A stretch of 64,000 nt of DNA from Candidatus Borrarchaeum weybense (GTDB lineage: Archaea > Asgardarchaeota > Sifarchaeia > Borrarchaeales > Borrarchaeaceae): positions 32,001 through 96,000 of the forward strand of contig JAHQJS010000003.1 in NCBI GenBank assembly GCA_019057385.1, in the 5' to 3' direction. The position numbers and the translations under genes were made by a program. The notes under the pieces were generated by a model. The model did no database searches. It was not told where the DNA came from and worked only from the letters and a program-made list of their open reading frames with translations. Positions 10,034 to 21,581 of this stretch are shown piece after piece (within the stretch, counting starts at the first letter, position 1; each line of letters starts with the position of its first letter).

Positions 10034-11428
10034 TTACTGCGCGCGATATGAAGGATGCCATTTTTTAATTGTATCAGGGTCGATCCTTTTGAGTTCTTTT
10101 TCGGGTAATTTTGTAAGAAGTTCCCAGCCAATATCCAATGTCTCATCGATTGAGCGATCCTCATCCATCCGTTGGCTTGTGAATTCTCGTTCGAAGCGCT
10201 CACTGAACTCTAAGTATCTTTTATCTCTCTCTGTAAGCGCCTCTTCTCCTACTACTGCTACAAGTTCTCGCAGATCTCTTCCTTCAGAGTAACCATAGTA
10301 CAACTGGTCGGCAACTTCTCTGTGGTCTTCACGTGTTAGTCCTTTTCCAATACCTTCTTTCATCAAGCGTGATAGTGAAGGTAAGACGTCGATTGGTGGA
10401 TAGATCCCGCGTCGATGCAATCCCCTATCGATGTAAATTTGTCCTTCGGTTATATAACCGCTTAGGTCGGGTATGGGGTGTGTTATATCATCCGAAGGCA
10501 TTGTAAGGATCGGCATCTGTGTGATTGTACCCTTTCTTCCTGTAATTCTTCCTGCCCTCTCATAAATGCTTGCAAGGTCGGTGTAAAGGTAACCTGGATA
10601 ACCCCTTCTAGCCGGTACTTCTTCTCGGGCAGCAGAAATTTCCCGTAGGGATTCGCAATAGTTCGTCATATCTGTAAGAATAACCAAAACCTGATAATCT
10701 TGTTCATACGCGAGATACTCTGCACAAGTTAGTGCTACGCGTGGTGTAATTATACGCTCGACAGCAGGATCATCAGCCAGATTCAGAAAGAGAGTAACAC
10801 GTTCTAGCGCACCTGTCTCCTCAAAGTCTCTACGGAAGTAAGCTGCCTCTTCATAAGTAATACCCATGGCAGCGAAAACGATAGCAAACTCTTCCGCCTC
10901 TCCTAAAACCTTAGCTTGCCGTGCAATTTGAGCGGCGATATAATTGTGTGGAAGCCCTGCACCTGAGAAAAGTGGCAGTTTTTGTCCACGAACGAGTGTA
11001 TTTAATCCGTCTATTGTAGAAATGCCTGTTTGGATAAACTCTCTTGGATAAGTTCGCGCTTCTGGGTTAATTGGAGCGCCTGTAATGTCGAAATGGTCAT
11101 CAGGAATAATCTTCGGACCACGATCTATCGGTTCTCCACTTCCATCAAAAACACGTCCTAATATATCGGCAGAGACAGGAAGTTTGAGTGTTTCACCAAG
11201 AAATCTTACTGACGTTGCCGATGTGTCCAAGCCAGATGTACCTTCAAAAACCTGAACTACGGCAAGGCTCTCTGTTACTTCAAGTACTTGTCCTCTTCTT
11301 CTTTCACCAGAAGGTGTTTCTACTTCAACAATTTCTGCATATCCTACACCTGACACGCCTTCAACAAAAAGAAGTGGACCTGTAACTTCGCTAGAAGTTC
11401 TATATTCCTTCATAGTATCATAAGTCAT
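10034..11428 (-). CDS. atpB: A/V-type ATP synthase subunit B
   Basis: [42 protein letters not shown]; start ATG 11428 after GAGG. Confidence 0.95.
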   Translation of the reverse strand: MTYDTMKEYRTSSEVTGPLLFVEGVSGVGYAEIVEVETPSGERRRGQVLEVTESLAVVQVFEGTSGLDTSATSVRFLGETLKLPVSADILGRVFDGSGEPIDRGPKIIPDDHFDITGAPINPEARTYPREFIQTGISTIDGLNTLVRGQKLPLFSGAGLPHNYIAAQIARQAKVLGEAEEFAIVFAAMGITYEEAAYFRRDFEETGALERVTLFLNLADDPAVERIITPRVALTCAEYLAYEQDYQVLVILTDMTNYCESLREISAAREEVPARRGYPGYLYTDLASIYERAGRITGRKGTITQMPILTMPSDDITHPIPDLSGYITEGQIYIDRGLHRRGIYPPIDVLPSLSRLMKEGIGKGLTREDHREVADQLYYGYSEGRDLRELVAVVGEEALTERDKRYLEFSERFEREFTSQRMDEDRSIDETLDIGWELLTKLPEKELKRIDPDTIKKWHPSYRAQ

Positions 11429-11545
11429 AATAATTACCTCATTGATGAAATTTAATTCATGGACTTTTGTCAAGTGTATTTTTCTTTTAAAATTTTGCTA
11501 ATTATTAATAATATTCCTCACATCTATTTCAGAAGGTTGAATTGA

Positions 11546-12028
11546 ATGGACCTAGAATCGTGGGAAAAACTTAGGAAAATCCAAGGGATTGCCAACTACC
11601 AATTTGGGGAAAATATCGGAGACCTGTTATTCCCTTCAGAGGTAGTTATAGCACTTTCACCAAGTACAAAGCGGATTCGTCATGTTTACTTGAATGATGA
11701 ACTGCTTGCAACATTACGCCCTAAAGATGGACTTTTTGCTTTGACCATAACCGGAGCGCAACAAATTCTTGAAAAAACAAGAGGAGATATCCGCTTTAAG
11801 GTTCAAGTCAATGATGAATCTGTTCCGTTTGTTAGAAAAGGCAGAAATGTATTTGCAAAACATGTAATCTATACAAGTCCTGATGTTCGTCCTAAGTCTG
11901 AAGTGATTGTAGTAGATAGTCTTAATAACCTTCTTGCTGTTGGAAAAAGTGTATTATCTGGAAATGAAATGCTCGCCTTTCAAAAAGGGATAGCAGTAAA
12001 AGTAAGGCGAGGTATTGGTGAAAAATGA
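11546..12028 (+). CDS. PUA-domain RNA-binding protein
   Basis: IANYQFG, GRNVFAKHV, GIAVKVRRG. Confidence 0.8.
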   Translation: MDLESWEKLRKIQGIANYQFGENIGDLLFPSEVVIALSPSTKRIRHVYLNDELLATLRPKDGLFALTITGAQQILEKTRGDIRFKVQVNDESVPFVRKGRNVFAKHVIYTSPDVRPKSEVIVVDSLNNLLAVGKSVLSGNEMLAFQKGIAVKVRRGIGEK

Positions 12029-12207
12029 TATAATATTTACTTATATTAATGCCTAATGATAACTTACACATCTCATGATTAAATTATAATAAGGGTATAG
12101 GATACCGTCGGTTGTCGTCTCCTGAAACCAGAACTTTGTCTTATCACCATTTTTTTATATAGTTCAACCTACATATAACTCAAAAATTTTCTAAGGAGAA
12201 CGAAAAA

Positions 12208-12582
12208 ATGGTCAAAAAAGGGAAGAAGATTTCTCCAAGACAAATGAAGCGTATGATGAAACAAATGGGTCTAAAAGAAATAGAAGATGTACAAGAAGTC
12301 ATCATCCGGACTTTGGAGAAAGAACTAGTAATAAAAGAACCTCAAGTCACTGTTATGACACAAGCGGGACAAAAACTCTGGCAAGTAGTAGGGCAGAGTG
12401 CAGAAGAAAGACCACTTTCTGGTGAAGTAGAAGACGAAGCTGTAGCAGTGATTCCAGAAGAGGATGTTCATTTAGTAGCCCAGCAATCAGGAGTTGATGT
12501 CGAAACAGCACGTGCTGCGCTTGTAGATGCTGGTGGTGATTTAGCGAAAGCCATACTTGCTTTGAAAACTCAATCATTATGA
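12208..12582 (+). CDS. nac: Nascent polypeptide-associated complex protein
   Basis: PRQMKRMMKQMG, C-terminal UBA-like GDLAKAIL. Confidence 0.9.
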   Translation: MVKKGKKISPRQMKRMMKQMGLKEIEDVQEVIIRTLEKELVIKEPQVTVMTQAGQKLWQVVGQSAEERPLSGEVEDEAVAVIPEEDVHLVAQQSGVDVETARAALVDAGGDLAKAILALKTQSL

Positions 12583-12591
12583 TAACACGAG

Positions 12592-13455
12592 GTGCGTAAA
12601 AATCATATGGTAAGTGTTAACTCGCTTCATCAAAAGTGCCGAGACACTATCCCTGAAGAACTCCTCCCATATCTACCTCGCAGATGGTTTATTTTAGGAC
12701 ATGTGCTTCTTTTTCAACTTCATCCCAAGTTAGATCCATGGAAAGAAATGATTGGTAAATTTTTATTAGATGTAGATCATAGACCTGTAAGAACCGCGAT
12801 CATGCAGATTGGAACCATATCTGGCGATTTCCGAATACCTCAATACAAATTTGTTTATGGAGATCCGCACACTGAAACCATACACAAAGAAGTGGGCTGT
12901 ATTTTCAAACTTGATCCAACAAAAATAATGTTTTCTCCTGGAAACACTGAAGAACGCCAACGATTGCCGGGATTTGTCCAAGAGAATGATGTGGTCGTAG
13001 ATTTTTTTGCTTGTGTTGGACAATGGTCGATTCCTATAGGGAAACATAGCAAACCAAAAAAAGTCTATTCAATCGAACTCAACGAACTTGCTTTTTCATA
13101 TTTGTGTGAAAATATTCAACTTAACAAACTTGAGGATCAAATTATTCCTCTATTAGGAGACTGCAATGAAATAGCACCTGAAAAATGTGCTGATCATGTG
13201 ATTCTAGGCTACTTGTTTAATACAGATAAATACCTGCAAAAAGGCATCAATGCATTAAGATCAAAAAAGGGTGGATGGATACACTATCATGAGACTCTAC
13301 CTCACCATGAGTTCCCCTATTTGTCTATTAAAAAAATAAAAACAGCGAGTGAAGCACTTGGATTCGAAATAAAGGAAAAAAAAGTAAGACTCATAAAAGA
13401 TTATGCCCCGGGCATCGTTCATGGAAGAGTTTCAGCTTATCTAAAGCCTTTATAG
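12592..13455 (+). CDS. Trm5/Taw2 (TYW2)-family SAM-dependent tRNA modification enzyme
   Basis: MFSPGNTEERQR, VVDFFACVGQW, IELN, IHYH. Confidence 0.85.
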   Translation: MRKNHMVSVNSLHQKCRDTIPEELLPYLPRRWFILGHVLLFQLHPKLDPWKEMIGKFLLDVDHRPVRTAIMQIGTISGDFRIPQYKFVYGDPHTETIHKEVGCIFKLDPTKIMFSPGNTEERQRLPGFVQENDVVVDFFACVGQWSIPIGKHSKPKKVYSIELNELAFSYLCENIQLNKLEDQIIPLLGDCNEIAPEKCADHVILGYLFNTDKYLQKGINALRSKKGGWIHYHETLPHHEFPYLSIKKIKTASEALGFEIKEKKVRLIKDYAPGIVHGRVSAYLKPL

Positions 13456-13481
13456 AATGAACTCTATGTAATGTTGTTTAT

Positions 13482-14675
13482 ATGACATTACCTCTAGAAG
13501 GAATCAGAGTCCTTGATTTATCACGACTTCTACCAGGACCATTTGCTACTATGTTATTAGCTGATTTTGGAGCTGAAGTGATAAAAATTGAGGATCCGAT
13601 TCAAGGAGATTATATGCGCTGGTGGCCACCATTTTACACTAAAGATACAAACAAAGAGAGCGCAGCCTTTCTTCATCTGAACCGAAATAAGAAGTCTATC
13701 ATTCTTGATTTAAAGGATCCAGAAGGGCAGGAGATTTTCTATAGATTAGCCGAGAAATCTGACGTGGTTCTTGAGAGTTTTAGACCAGGGGTTGTGAAAA
13801 AACTTCAGATAGATTATGATACAATAAGTAGAGTTAACTCCCAGATTATATACTGCTCATTGTCAGGATATGGTCAGACCGGACCATACAGAGACCTACC
13901 AGGCCACGATGTGAATTATCTAGGAGTTGCAGGGGTTGCAAGTTTAACAGGAGAGCCAGATCAACCAAAATTAATTGGTGTGCAAGTGGCAGATATTGGT
14001 GCTGGAAGTTTAAATACGGTCTTAGCAATTTTAATGAGTATAATTGCACGTAACAAAACAGGACGAGGGCAATATATTGACGTTTCAATGCTTGATGGAG
14101 CGATGACTTGGTTAGCGTTTGCGTTTCCTCGTTTTTGGGCATCAAAGGAAATTCCCATGAGAGGTGATGACTTGCTTACGGGCGGGCGTCCGGGATATGG
14201 AATTTATAAGGCTAAAGATAATAAATTTGTGGCAGTTGGAGCATTAGAAAAAAAGTTTTGGAGAAACCTTTGCACCACAATCAAACGAGAAGATTTACTT
14301 GAGCCAGCTGATATGGAAAAAAAAGAAATTAGTGAAATCCTAAAAAAAGTCATATTGACCAAAACCAGAGATGAATGGTTTGAACTATCAAAACAGACCG
14401 ATATTTGCATTTCACCAGTCTATGAATTAGACGAGATAATGGCGGATCCACAAGTTCAAGCACGTGAAATGATTGTAGATTTTAAAGATGAGCGCTTTGG
14501 CAACATTAAGTACATAGGTATGCCATTCAAGCTTTCAGAAACGCCTGGCAATATAAGAACCAGAGCGCCAGGGTATGGGGAACACACTGAAGAGATTTTA
14601 AGATCTCTTAATTATTCAACGCAGGAAATTGAAACACTTCGCAAAAAAGAAGTGATTAGTCCTAAATATAAATAA
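13482..14675 (+). CDS. CaiB/BaiF family III CoA-transferase
   Basis: LDLSRLLPGP, NRNKKS, FRPGV, GYGQTGP, GHDVNY. Confidence 0.92.
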   Translation: MTLPLEGIRVLDLSRLLPGPFATMLLADFGAEVIKIEDPIQGDYMRWWPPFYTKDTNKESAAFLHLNRNKKSIILDLKDPEGQEIFYRLAEKSDVVLESFRPGVVKKLQIDYDTISRVNSQIIYCSLSGYGQTGPYRDLPGHDVNYLGVAGVASLTGEPDQPKLIGVQVADIGAGSLNTVLAILMSIIARNKTGRGQYIDVSMLDGAMTWLAFAFPRFWASKEIPMRGDDLLTGGRPGYGIYKAKDNKFVAVGALEKKFWRNLCTTIKREDLLEPADMEKKEISEILKKVILTKTRDEWFELSKQTDICISPVYELDEIMADPQVQAREMIVDFKDERFGNIKYIGMPFKLSETPGNIRTRAPGYGEHTEEILRSLNYSTQEIETLRKKEVISPKYK

Positions 14676-14751
14676 CGGAAAGTTTCGATTCAGAAATAAT
14701 CAATGCAACAAAAAATAGGTGCTAAAAAATAGTGCAGAATAACCCTACGAA

Positions 14752-16095
14752 CTAGGCGTAGAACTGCGCTTTTCTTTCATCCGCTCTGCTTTTGCCTAAA
14801 ACTTTCTCAATAGCATTTTCGAAATCTTCTACTGTAGCTAGAATTGACTCATCCTCATCTTCAGGATTTGCAATTATTCGACGAATTGCAAACATTCCTG
14901 CTTCTGTGCAAATATTTTTTATGTCTGCTCCAGATGCACCCTCACTTGAATTCATCAACCGAGTAAAATCAATTTCAGAATCTAATTTCATATTACTGGA
15001 ATGAATTTTGTAAATTGACGCCATAGCTTCCCTATCTGGCAAAGGAACCTCAATAATCCGATCAAAGCGACCAGGTCGAAGAAGCGCTGGATCTAGTATA
15101 TCTGGACGATTGGTTGCAGCGACAAGTTTAACATCCCCACGAGGATCAAATCCATCCATAGCACTTAGTAATTGCATAAGTGTCCTTTGTACTTCTCTAT
15201 CACCGCTTGTAGCGATTTCCAGTCTCTTTCCACCAATAGCGTCAAGTTCATCAATGAAAACAATACTTGGTGATTTTTCTCGTGCGAAAGTGAATATTTC
15301 ACGCACTAATCGCGCTCCTTCTCCAATATACTTCTGAACTAATTCAGATCCAATAACGCGAATAAATTTCGCTGAAGTCTCGTGGGCAACAGCACGAGCA
15401 AGTAGTGTCTTACCAGTTCCTGGTGGTCCGTAAAGGAGAAGTCCTTTCGGTGGCTCAATGCCCACTTGTTCAAAAAGTTCTGGTCTTAACATGGGTAACT
15501 CAACAATTTCACGTATTTCTTTAATTTGGTCAGAAAGTCCTCCTATATCTTGATAAGTAACCTGTGGTGATTCTTCTACTTCCATTCCACGAACCATAGG
15601 ATCCATGACAGGAGGCAAAATTTCAACTATTGACATCGAACGTTGGTTAAGAGCAACACGTGCTGAATTTGTAACCGTAGAAGGGTCAAGAGAGGGTGAA
15701 ACTTGAACCACGAAGTGAGGACCCGTAGTACTCTTCACAATAACGCGCTTATCTTGTAAGACATCAATAATGCTACCAGCTAAAAGTGGAGGTGCGCGTA
15801 ATTGCTCAAGCTCAGTGTGCAATGTTTGAAGTTCGCGTTCTAGTTTTGTCTTATCAGTTTTGAGTATTTGTTTTTCGGTCTCAAGCGTTCTAATTCTTTG
15901 CTCAAAGTGTTTCATCATTCCCGTTTTTCTATCCATTTTCGAGACTAGTTCCTCAAGTTCGCGCTCTAGTTTGATTTTATCAGCCTTAAGTATCTCTCTT
16001 TCGGTCTCTATCATACGAATTCTATTTTCAAGTGTTCTTATCACATCACTTGCAAATTCTTCTCTGTCGTTTGATGATCCTGTACCTTCGTTCAT
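14752..16095 (-). CDS. pan: Proteasome-activating nucleotidase
   Basis: Coiled coil, OB fold, GPPGTGKT, FIDELDAI, RPGRFDR, C-terminal HbYX-like FYA. Confidence 0.95.
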   Translation of the reverse strand: MNEGTGSSNDREEFASDVIRTLENRIRMIETEREILKADKIKLERELEELVSKMDRKTGMMKHFEQRIRTLETEKQILKTDKTKLERELQTLHTELEQLRAPPLLAGSIIDVLQDKRVIVKSTTGPHFVVQVSPSLDPSTVTNSARVALNQRSMSIVEILPPVMDPMVRGMEVEESPQVTYQDIGGLSDQIKEIREIVELPMLRPELFEQVGIEPPKGLLLYGPPGTGKTLLARAVAHETSAKFIRVIGSELVQKYIGEGARLVREIFTFAREKSPSIVFIDELDAIGGKRLEIATSGDREVQRTLMQLLSAMDGFDPRGDVKLVAATNRPDILDPALLRPGRFDRIIEVPLPDREAMASIYKIHSSNMKLDSEIDFTRLMNSSEGASGADIKNICTEAGMFAIRRIIANPEDEDESILATVEDFENAIEKVLGKSRADERKAQFYA

Positions 16096-16304
16096 TAAGT
16101 TCCCTCAGTTCACTCATTAGTCTTATTGAACGTAGTAACGAATAAATGTGTTTTTATATTTCTATGCATTAAAGCACTTTTCTCAAAGACAAAGATTTCT
16201 TTTCTTCAGAAAGATATATTCGACGATACAATGCGAGGTCCTCCTGAAAGCTTGGGGTTTATTAATGAACCGTAATACAAGGTATAAAGGAGAAGTCGAT
16301 CATC

Positions 16305-17738
16305 ATGATCCAGACCATCAAATTCAGGATGTATCCTGATGGGATACAAGAACGCAAACTCCATGAGATCTTCACAATCTATAACCGGGTGAAACGCATC
16401 GGTTATAACCTATTGTTTCATGGCGACGATTATATGGCAGCAAGCTTCGGTGAGGACAAAACCATACAACTATGTTTGATGAGTCTGTGTTACAATAACC
16501 CTTATGTCAACACCATCTTGAATGATAACAAGGCGAAACTGGAAGCACAACAAACATGGCTGGAAAAACGACGGAAATACATGAAACAGCAGATAAAGGT
16601 CATTACTAAGAAAATCAACGCAATAAAGGAGAAAAATAAACATGGCAGACGGTTAAAAGGGTTATACGCGCGTAGATCTTCGATAATGGCTAAATTAAAC
16701 AATTTGCACCTTGAACCCGTGGTATTCGGCACTAAGAAATTGTTCAGAGACCGAATTCTTGGAAAAATAAGTAGAGAAGAGTTCAGGATAAGGCGTGATT
16801 CTTCCTTTAGTTGTATCGGAAAGAAACAGCACGGAGTTAAAAACCTGAATATCAAGGTATTGCCTGATAAGACAGTCAAGATACGAACTTTCTCTAAGCA
16901 AAAGGGACGGAAATGGCTTATTATCCATATATCAGTGAATCATGTGCAGGAAAAGTGGTTTCAACAAATTCTTAATGCTGATAAATGCACAGTGACAGTG
17001 AAAAGGAAACTCTTCAAGGGAGAAATACGCTACTTTGTCCATGTGTCGTATGAACTCCCAGAACCCGCACCAAGTTATGGCTACGAACATGGTGCCATCG
17101 GCTTAGATTTCAACTATAATTTTATTGCTCTTACCAATGTGGATAAAAACGGTAATTTACTCTCCTACCATAATATATCATTTGGCAACCTTCACAGCTA
17201 TCGAACAGATAAACGTAACTTGTACATCTCCTACAAGATGGATAAGATCGTCAATTATTGCATTAATAAAGATAAAGGCATCGTGGTTGAGGATTTGCAA
17301 TTCAACCAAGAATTTTCATATAATACAAAACGCAACCGAAAATTAAGCAATATGAAGACCACCGCCTTGCAACTATTAGAGAGAAAGTGTAAAAAGCGCG
17401 GTGTATCCATTCGAAAGGTATTCCCAGGATATACCTCTATCATGGGCAGATATAACTATTCAAGGTTACATAATTTGTCGGTACATCACTTAGCAAGTTG
17501 TGTAATAGCTCGAAGAGGTCTGGGCATTAAGGAAGCATTTCCATCCATTTACGATTGGGTACTTTCACAAGTTGAGGAGTTCATAGAACCTCATTTGAAA
17601 AAGGGTAGTCCTTACCGTAGATGGTCGATGATCCATGACCTTTTTGAGCACAGCGGGATAACCTCCTTCAAGACTGCCGAAATACTTAAAAAAACCGTAT
17701 TAATGAAGCATGTGTTGAACTCGGTGACGAGCGCATAG
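16305..17738 (+). mobile_element. tnpB: TnpB-like (IS200/IS605 OrfB family) protein, no transposase; possibly truncated
   Basis: N-terminal TIKFRMYP, RuvC-I IGLDFN, RuvC-II VVEDL, YTS, HHLASCVIARRG; frame continues 30 codons past TAG 17736-38. Confidence 0.75.
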
Positions 17739-17908
17739 CCCGATAACCTTAAGGCTGGTCTTTCCTCTCATGGAAAGATTGATGATTATTATAAAGCGTG
17801 GGATTTTATACATAATGACCCCGTTTTATAAATAATTGTAAGGTTTCACAAAATTCTCACTGTGCTCTAATTCTTGGATGTCTACTGTACAAATTTGAGG
17901 AGATAAAT

Positions 17909-18478
17909 TTGCCCAAAAGAAACGTAGTAAGATATTGCGAGATATGTGGAAATGTAATTGAGGGTAGAGGGATTGAAAGATTGATTGAAGGTACGAAAAT
18001 GATCGTTTGCATTAGTTGCGCGCGTTTTGGCGAAGCAACTAAAAGATCTCCTCCAGTCACTGCAGAAACTTCTGTAATCCCTGTACGAAGAAAAAGAAAA
18101 ACTACTACCCGCACACACACTCCTAAAAGCAAGAGAAAAAAAGTTACTATTCCTTCTCCAGAAAAGTTCTTCAGTCGTTATGAAATCGTAGAGGATTACT
18201 CAGCGATTATTCGAAAAGCACGTGAAAAAATGGAATTGACACAAGAAGAACTTGGACAAGAATTAAACGTAAAGGGATCTGTGATTCAAAAACTTGAGAC
18301 TGGTAAAACGAAACCCACAGATCCAAAATCCATTATAAAATTGGAGTCAATTCTGAACATCAAAATCCACAAACCTATTGAGAAAGAAGAGTATACACCC
18401 CCTAAAACGAAAGGGACAGATTTTACTACACTTGGGGAAGTTGTGAAATTTCGCAAAAAGAAGAAGGACGAAGAGTAA
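17909..18478 (+). CDS. mbf1: Archaeal MBF1
   Basis: CEICG...C-x2-C Zn ribbon, HTH IRKAREKMELTQEELG, TLGE. Confidence 0.9.
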   Translation: MPKRNVVRYCEICGNVIEGRGIERLIEGTKMIVCISCARFGEATKRSPPVTAETSVIPVRRKRKTTTRTHTPKSKRKKVTIPSPEKFFSRYEIVEDYSAIIRKAREKMELTQEELGQELNVKGSVIQKLETGKTKPTDPKSIIKLESILNIKIHKPIEKEEYTPPKTKGTDFTTLGEVVKFRKKKKDEE

Positions 18479-18497
18479 CTAGGAGAATTAGGAAAAT

Positions 18498-19361
18498 ATG
18501 GTATACGAGTCATTCGAATTGACGGATGACCTTAGAGAAGCCTTGCCAGGAAAATTCATTGAACTTTCGGATGGAATTGTCCATTATGAATTAGAAGGAT
18601 CCAGTAGAGACGTTGTTGTTCTGGTGCATGGGTTCTCATCACCGTTTTTCGTGTGGGATCAAAACTTCAAGTTTTTAGTAAAAAAAGGCTTTAAGGTATT
18701 GAGATACGATTTATTCGGTCGAGGCTATTCGGATCGCCCTAAAGTAAAGTATAACATGGATCTTTTCATCCGACAACTCTTCGAATTGGTTAATCAGCTT
18801 GGCTTAACACAACAAAAATTCAGTCTTGTTGGACTTTCAATGGGTGGTGGAATTTGCGTCGTTTTCGCTGATAAATATCCTGAATTAGTGAAAAAAGTAT
18901 CGCTGATAGATCCCATTGGATTTCCTATGGGAAGAAGTGCCTTTTCATCGGTTTTAAAGACACCAGGATTGAAAAAATTGATACTAAGGCGTCTTAATCA
19001 TGAAAAAATGATTGAGAATCAAAAAGGAGACTTCTATCGTTACGATAGGATCAATGAGTATCTGGAAAAATATGCTGAGCAAATGAGATACACTGGCTGG
19101 CTAAGAGCTATTCGATCTACTATTCTAAATCTGCCATTTGGTAATTTGAAAAAGACCTATGAAAGACTTGGAAGCAGGAAATTACCTGTGCAACTTTTTT
19201 GGGGAGAGTTCGATCAAACGATACCGTTTTCCAATAGTCAAAAGATTCGTGATGCAGTACCTGATATAAGGTTTCACCTAATCAAAGAATGCGGACACAT
19301 GCCTCACTATGTCCGCCCTAATGAGGTAAACCCGCTACTACTGAACTTTTTGCAACAGTAA
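18498..19361 (+). CDS. Alpha/beta hydrolase
   Basis: LVHG, DLFGRGYS, GLSMGG, CGHMPH. Confidence 0.9.
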   Translation: MVYESFELTDDLREALPGKFIELSDGIVHYELEGSSRDVVVLVHGFSSPFFVWDQNFKFLVKKGFKVLRYDLFGRGYSDRPKVKYNMDLFIRQLFELVNQLGLTQQKFSLVGLSMGGGICVVFADKYPELVKKVSLIDPIGFPMGRSAFSSVLKTPGLKKLILRRLNHEKMIENQKGDFYRYDRINEYLEKYAEQMRYTGWLRAIRSTILNLPFGNLKKTYERLGSRKLPVQLFWGEFDQTIPFSNSQKIRDAVPDIRFHLIKECGHMPHYVRPNEVNPLLLNFLQQ

Positions 19362-19486
19362 GAAATCATTGAAGATATTAGTTGCGTGAAAGAAAGGTAA
19401 GTTTAATGCAATTTATTTTTCTCAAAAATATCGGGATTTCATCGTTTTCAGTTAAAACAAATCTATAGTCAAATAAAAAAATCGAT

Positions 19487-20764
19487 CTAAAATTCGTTTT
19501 GGGTAACAAAAGATCCATTAAGGTTGTTTACATACTTTTTTGCTCTAGTTATTACCTGAGATGACGCTTCAATTTCAAATGAGATCTCCGAGTTCATATT
19601 CTGTTGATCAAGGACATATGTCTGATCATAGAGCCATGAAATAAAACTCATGACTTTACCGTTTGAAGGAACAGTAATATATGCACGTTTAGTAGGAATA
19701 AAATCCATAATAGTTTCTCTTATTCTATTTAGATTGATTTTTTGAAGTGCTGAAATAGGTATACAAATTTTATCTCTGAAGAGTTGCATTTTTTCTTCGA
19801 TTTCAAATTCATCACAACGATCTATTTTGTTTGCAACAACAAAATAGGAATTCATGTTAACAGTTATTTCTTTTAGTGTTTGTAGACAAACTGTGTACTT
19901 TCGTATTATTTCATCTTTTGTATCACTAAGATCTACTAAAATAGCAATTACGTCTGATAAGTTTATCTCCTCTAATGTACTATGGAAGGCGCGGATCATA
20001 TCATGAGAAAGGCCGTCCACAAGTCCTACAGTATCTGTTATTAGAATCTTACAACCTCTAATATTTAGAAGTCTAGTAAACGTATTCAATGTTGTGAACA
20101 GTTTGTTTGCTACAGGAACAGAACTCTCAGTTAATGCATTGAGTAATGAACTTTTACCACTATTTGTATAACCCATCAATGCAACAAGTGAGAAGTCTAA
20201 TCTTTTTCTTCTTTTTCTACTGATTGTTCTTCTTTTCCTATATTGTTCTAATTCATTTTCTATTCTCTTGATCTTTCTTTTAGTGCTTTCAAAATGTTTT
20301 TCAACAGCATATTGACCAGGTCCATGAAATCCTGGTAATTCAGTCTTCTTAGAAAGACTGACATATTCCTTTAAACGTGGAAGCGCATACTTAAGACTCG
20401 CAAGTTCAATTTGCAGTTTTGCTTCCTTAGATCCTGCTCTCAGGGCGAATATTTCAAGTATTAGTTCAGTTTTACTGATAACTTCACAGTTAAGTCGCTT
20501 CTGAAGATTATAAATCTGAATAGGTTTTAATTCGTTCTCAAAAATAACTTTGGTAGGCATAATTTGATTTACAAGTTCCTCTAATTCCTTAACCTTTCCT
20601 TTTCCGATTTGAAATGCAGAATTTGGTTCTCCAATTTGCTCTAATACATCAATAACTGTGTATCCAGCGTCTAAAGCAAGTCTATTGAGTTCTGCAATTC
20701 TCGATCTTTCTCCTCTATGTCTTCGCTCTACTAAAATCGCTGTAGCGGTATATGGTTCACTCAT
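19487..20764 (-). CDS. hflX: GTPase HflX
   Basis: EAKLQIELA, GYTNSGKSS, LFTTL, DTVG, NKID. Confidence 0.93.
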   Translation of the reverse strand: MSEPYTATAILVERRHRGERSRIAELNRLALDAGYTVIDVLEQIGEPNSAFQIGKGKVKELEELVNQIMPTKVIFENELKPIQIYNLQKRLNCEVISKTELILEIFALRAGSKEAKLQIELASLKYALPRLKEYVSLSKKTELPGFHGPGQYAVEKHFESTKRKIKRIENELEQYRKRRTISRKRRKRLDFSLVALMGYTNSGKSSLLNALTESSVPVANKLFTTLNTFTRLLNIRGCKILITDTVGLVDGLSHDMIRAFHSTLEEINLSDVIAILVDLSDTKDEIIRKYTVCLQTLKEITVNMNSYFVVANKIDRCDEFEIEEKMQLFRDKICIPISALQKINLNRIRETIMDFIPTKRAYITVPSNGKVMSFISWLYDQTYVLDQQNMNSEISFEIEASSQVITRAKKYVNNLNGSFVTQNEF

Positions 20765-20949
20765 ATCTGATATCACTTACTTCAAGTAAATAATTTAATG
20801 CAAAAAATTTGATCTGTCCATTTTAAATGTCATTTTAGGCTTTAATTAAACTTCGATATGGTATAAAAAACTAGATTTCTCTTAATATGACTTAGAAACC
20901 ATATTTGAAAACAATACAAGTCACAATTGAAGTGTAAATTGTGAGTTGA

Positions 20950-21507
20950 ATGTCTGATTATACCCCTCTTAAAAAGATAAATGCCCTTATACAAGGACCT
21001 CCCAGGACTGGAAAGAGTACATTAGTCGCTAAGCTTTGTTCTATGTTAGAAACAAAGGGATACAATATAGGAGGCATTCAAACCCCAGAGATTAGAGAAA
21101 AAAATAGACGAGTTGGTTTTTGGGTAGTTGATCTTCATACTGAAAAAAAGGAGATTTTAGCCCACGTTGAAATTAAAAGTAGATTTAGAGTAAGTAAATA
21201 TGGTGTGGATCTTAACTCTTTCAATGAACTTGCTATCACTGCGATCAAATCTGCTATTGAAAATTATGATATAGTTGTAATTGATGAGATTGGTAAAATG
21301 GAACTATTTTCTGAAAAATTTCAAGACGTCGTGATAAGAGGATTAAATTCGAGTAAACCAGTCATCGGCACGATGGGCAAGATTAATCATCCTTTTGTGC
21401 GATTATTAAAGTCTAGATCCGACGTAAATGTATTAACAATTGATAGAGGGAACATGGAAGATACTTATCAAGAAATATGTAGGCTTCTCGGTCTAAGAAC
21501 TATTTAA
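20950..21507 (+). CDS. THEP1-type NTPase
   Basis: GPPRTGKST, VSKYGVD, VIDEIGKMEL. Confidence 0.9.
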   Translation: MSDYTPLKKINALIQGPPRTGKSTLVAKLCSMLETKGYNIGGIQTPEIREKNRRVGFWVVDLHTEKKEILAHVEIKSRFRVSKYGVDLNSFNELAITAIKSAIENYDIVVIDEIGKMELFSEKFQDVVIRGLNSSKPVIGTMGKINHPFVRLLKSRSDVNVLTIDRGNMEDTYQEICRLLGLRTI

Positions 21508-21581
21508 TCAGTTTGCTCAAAGATAGATATTTATAAAAGAATTTAATCAGTTTATACAAAACTTGATAGTTTGCCCAGAAG

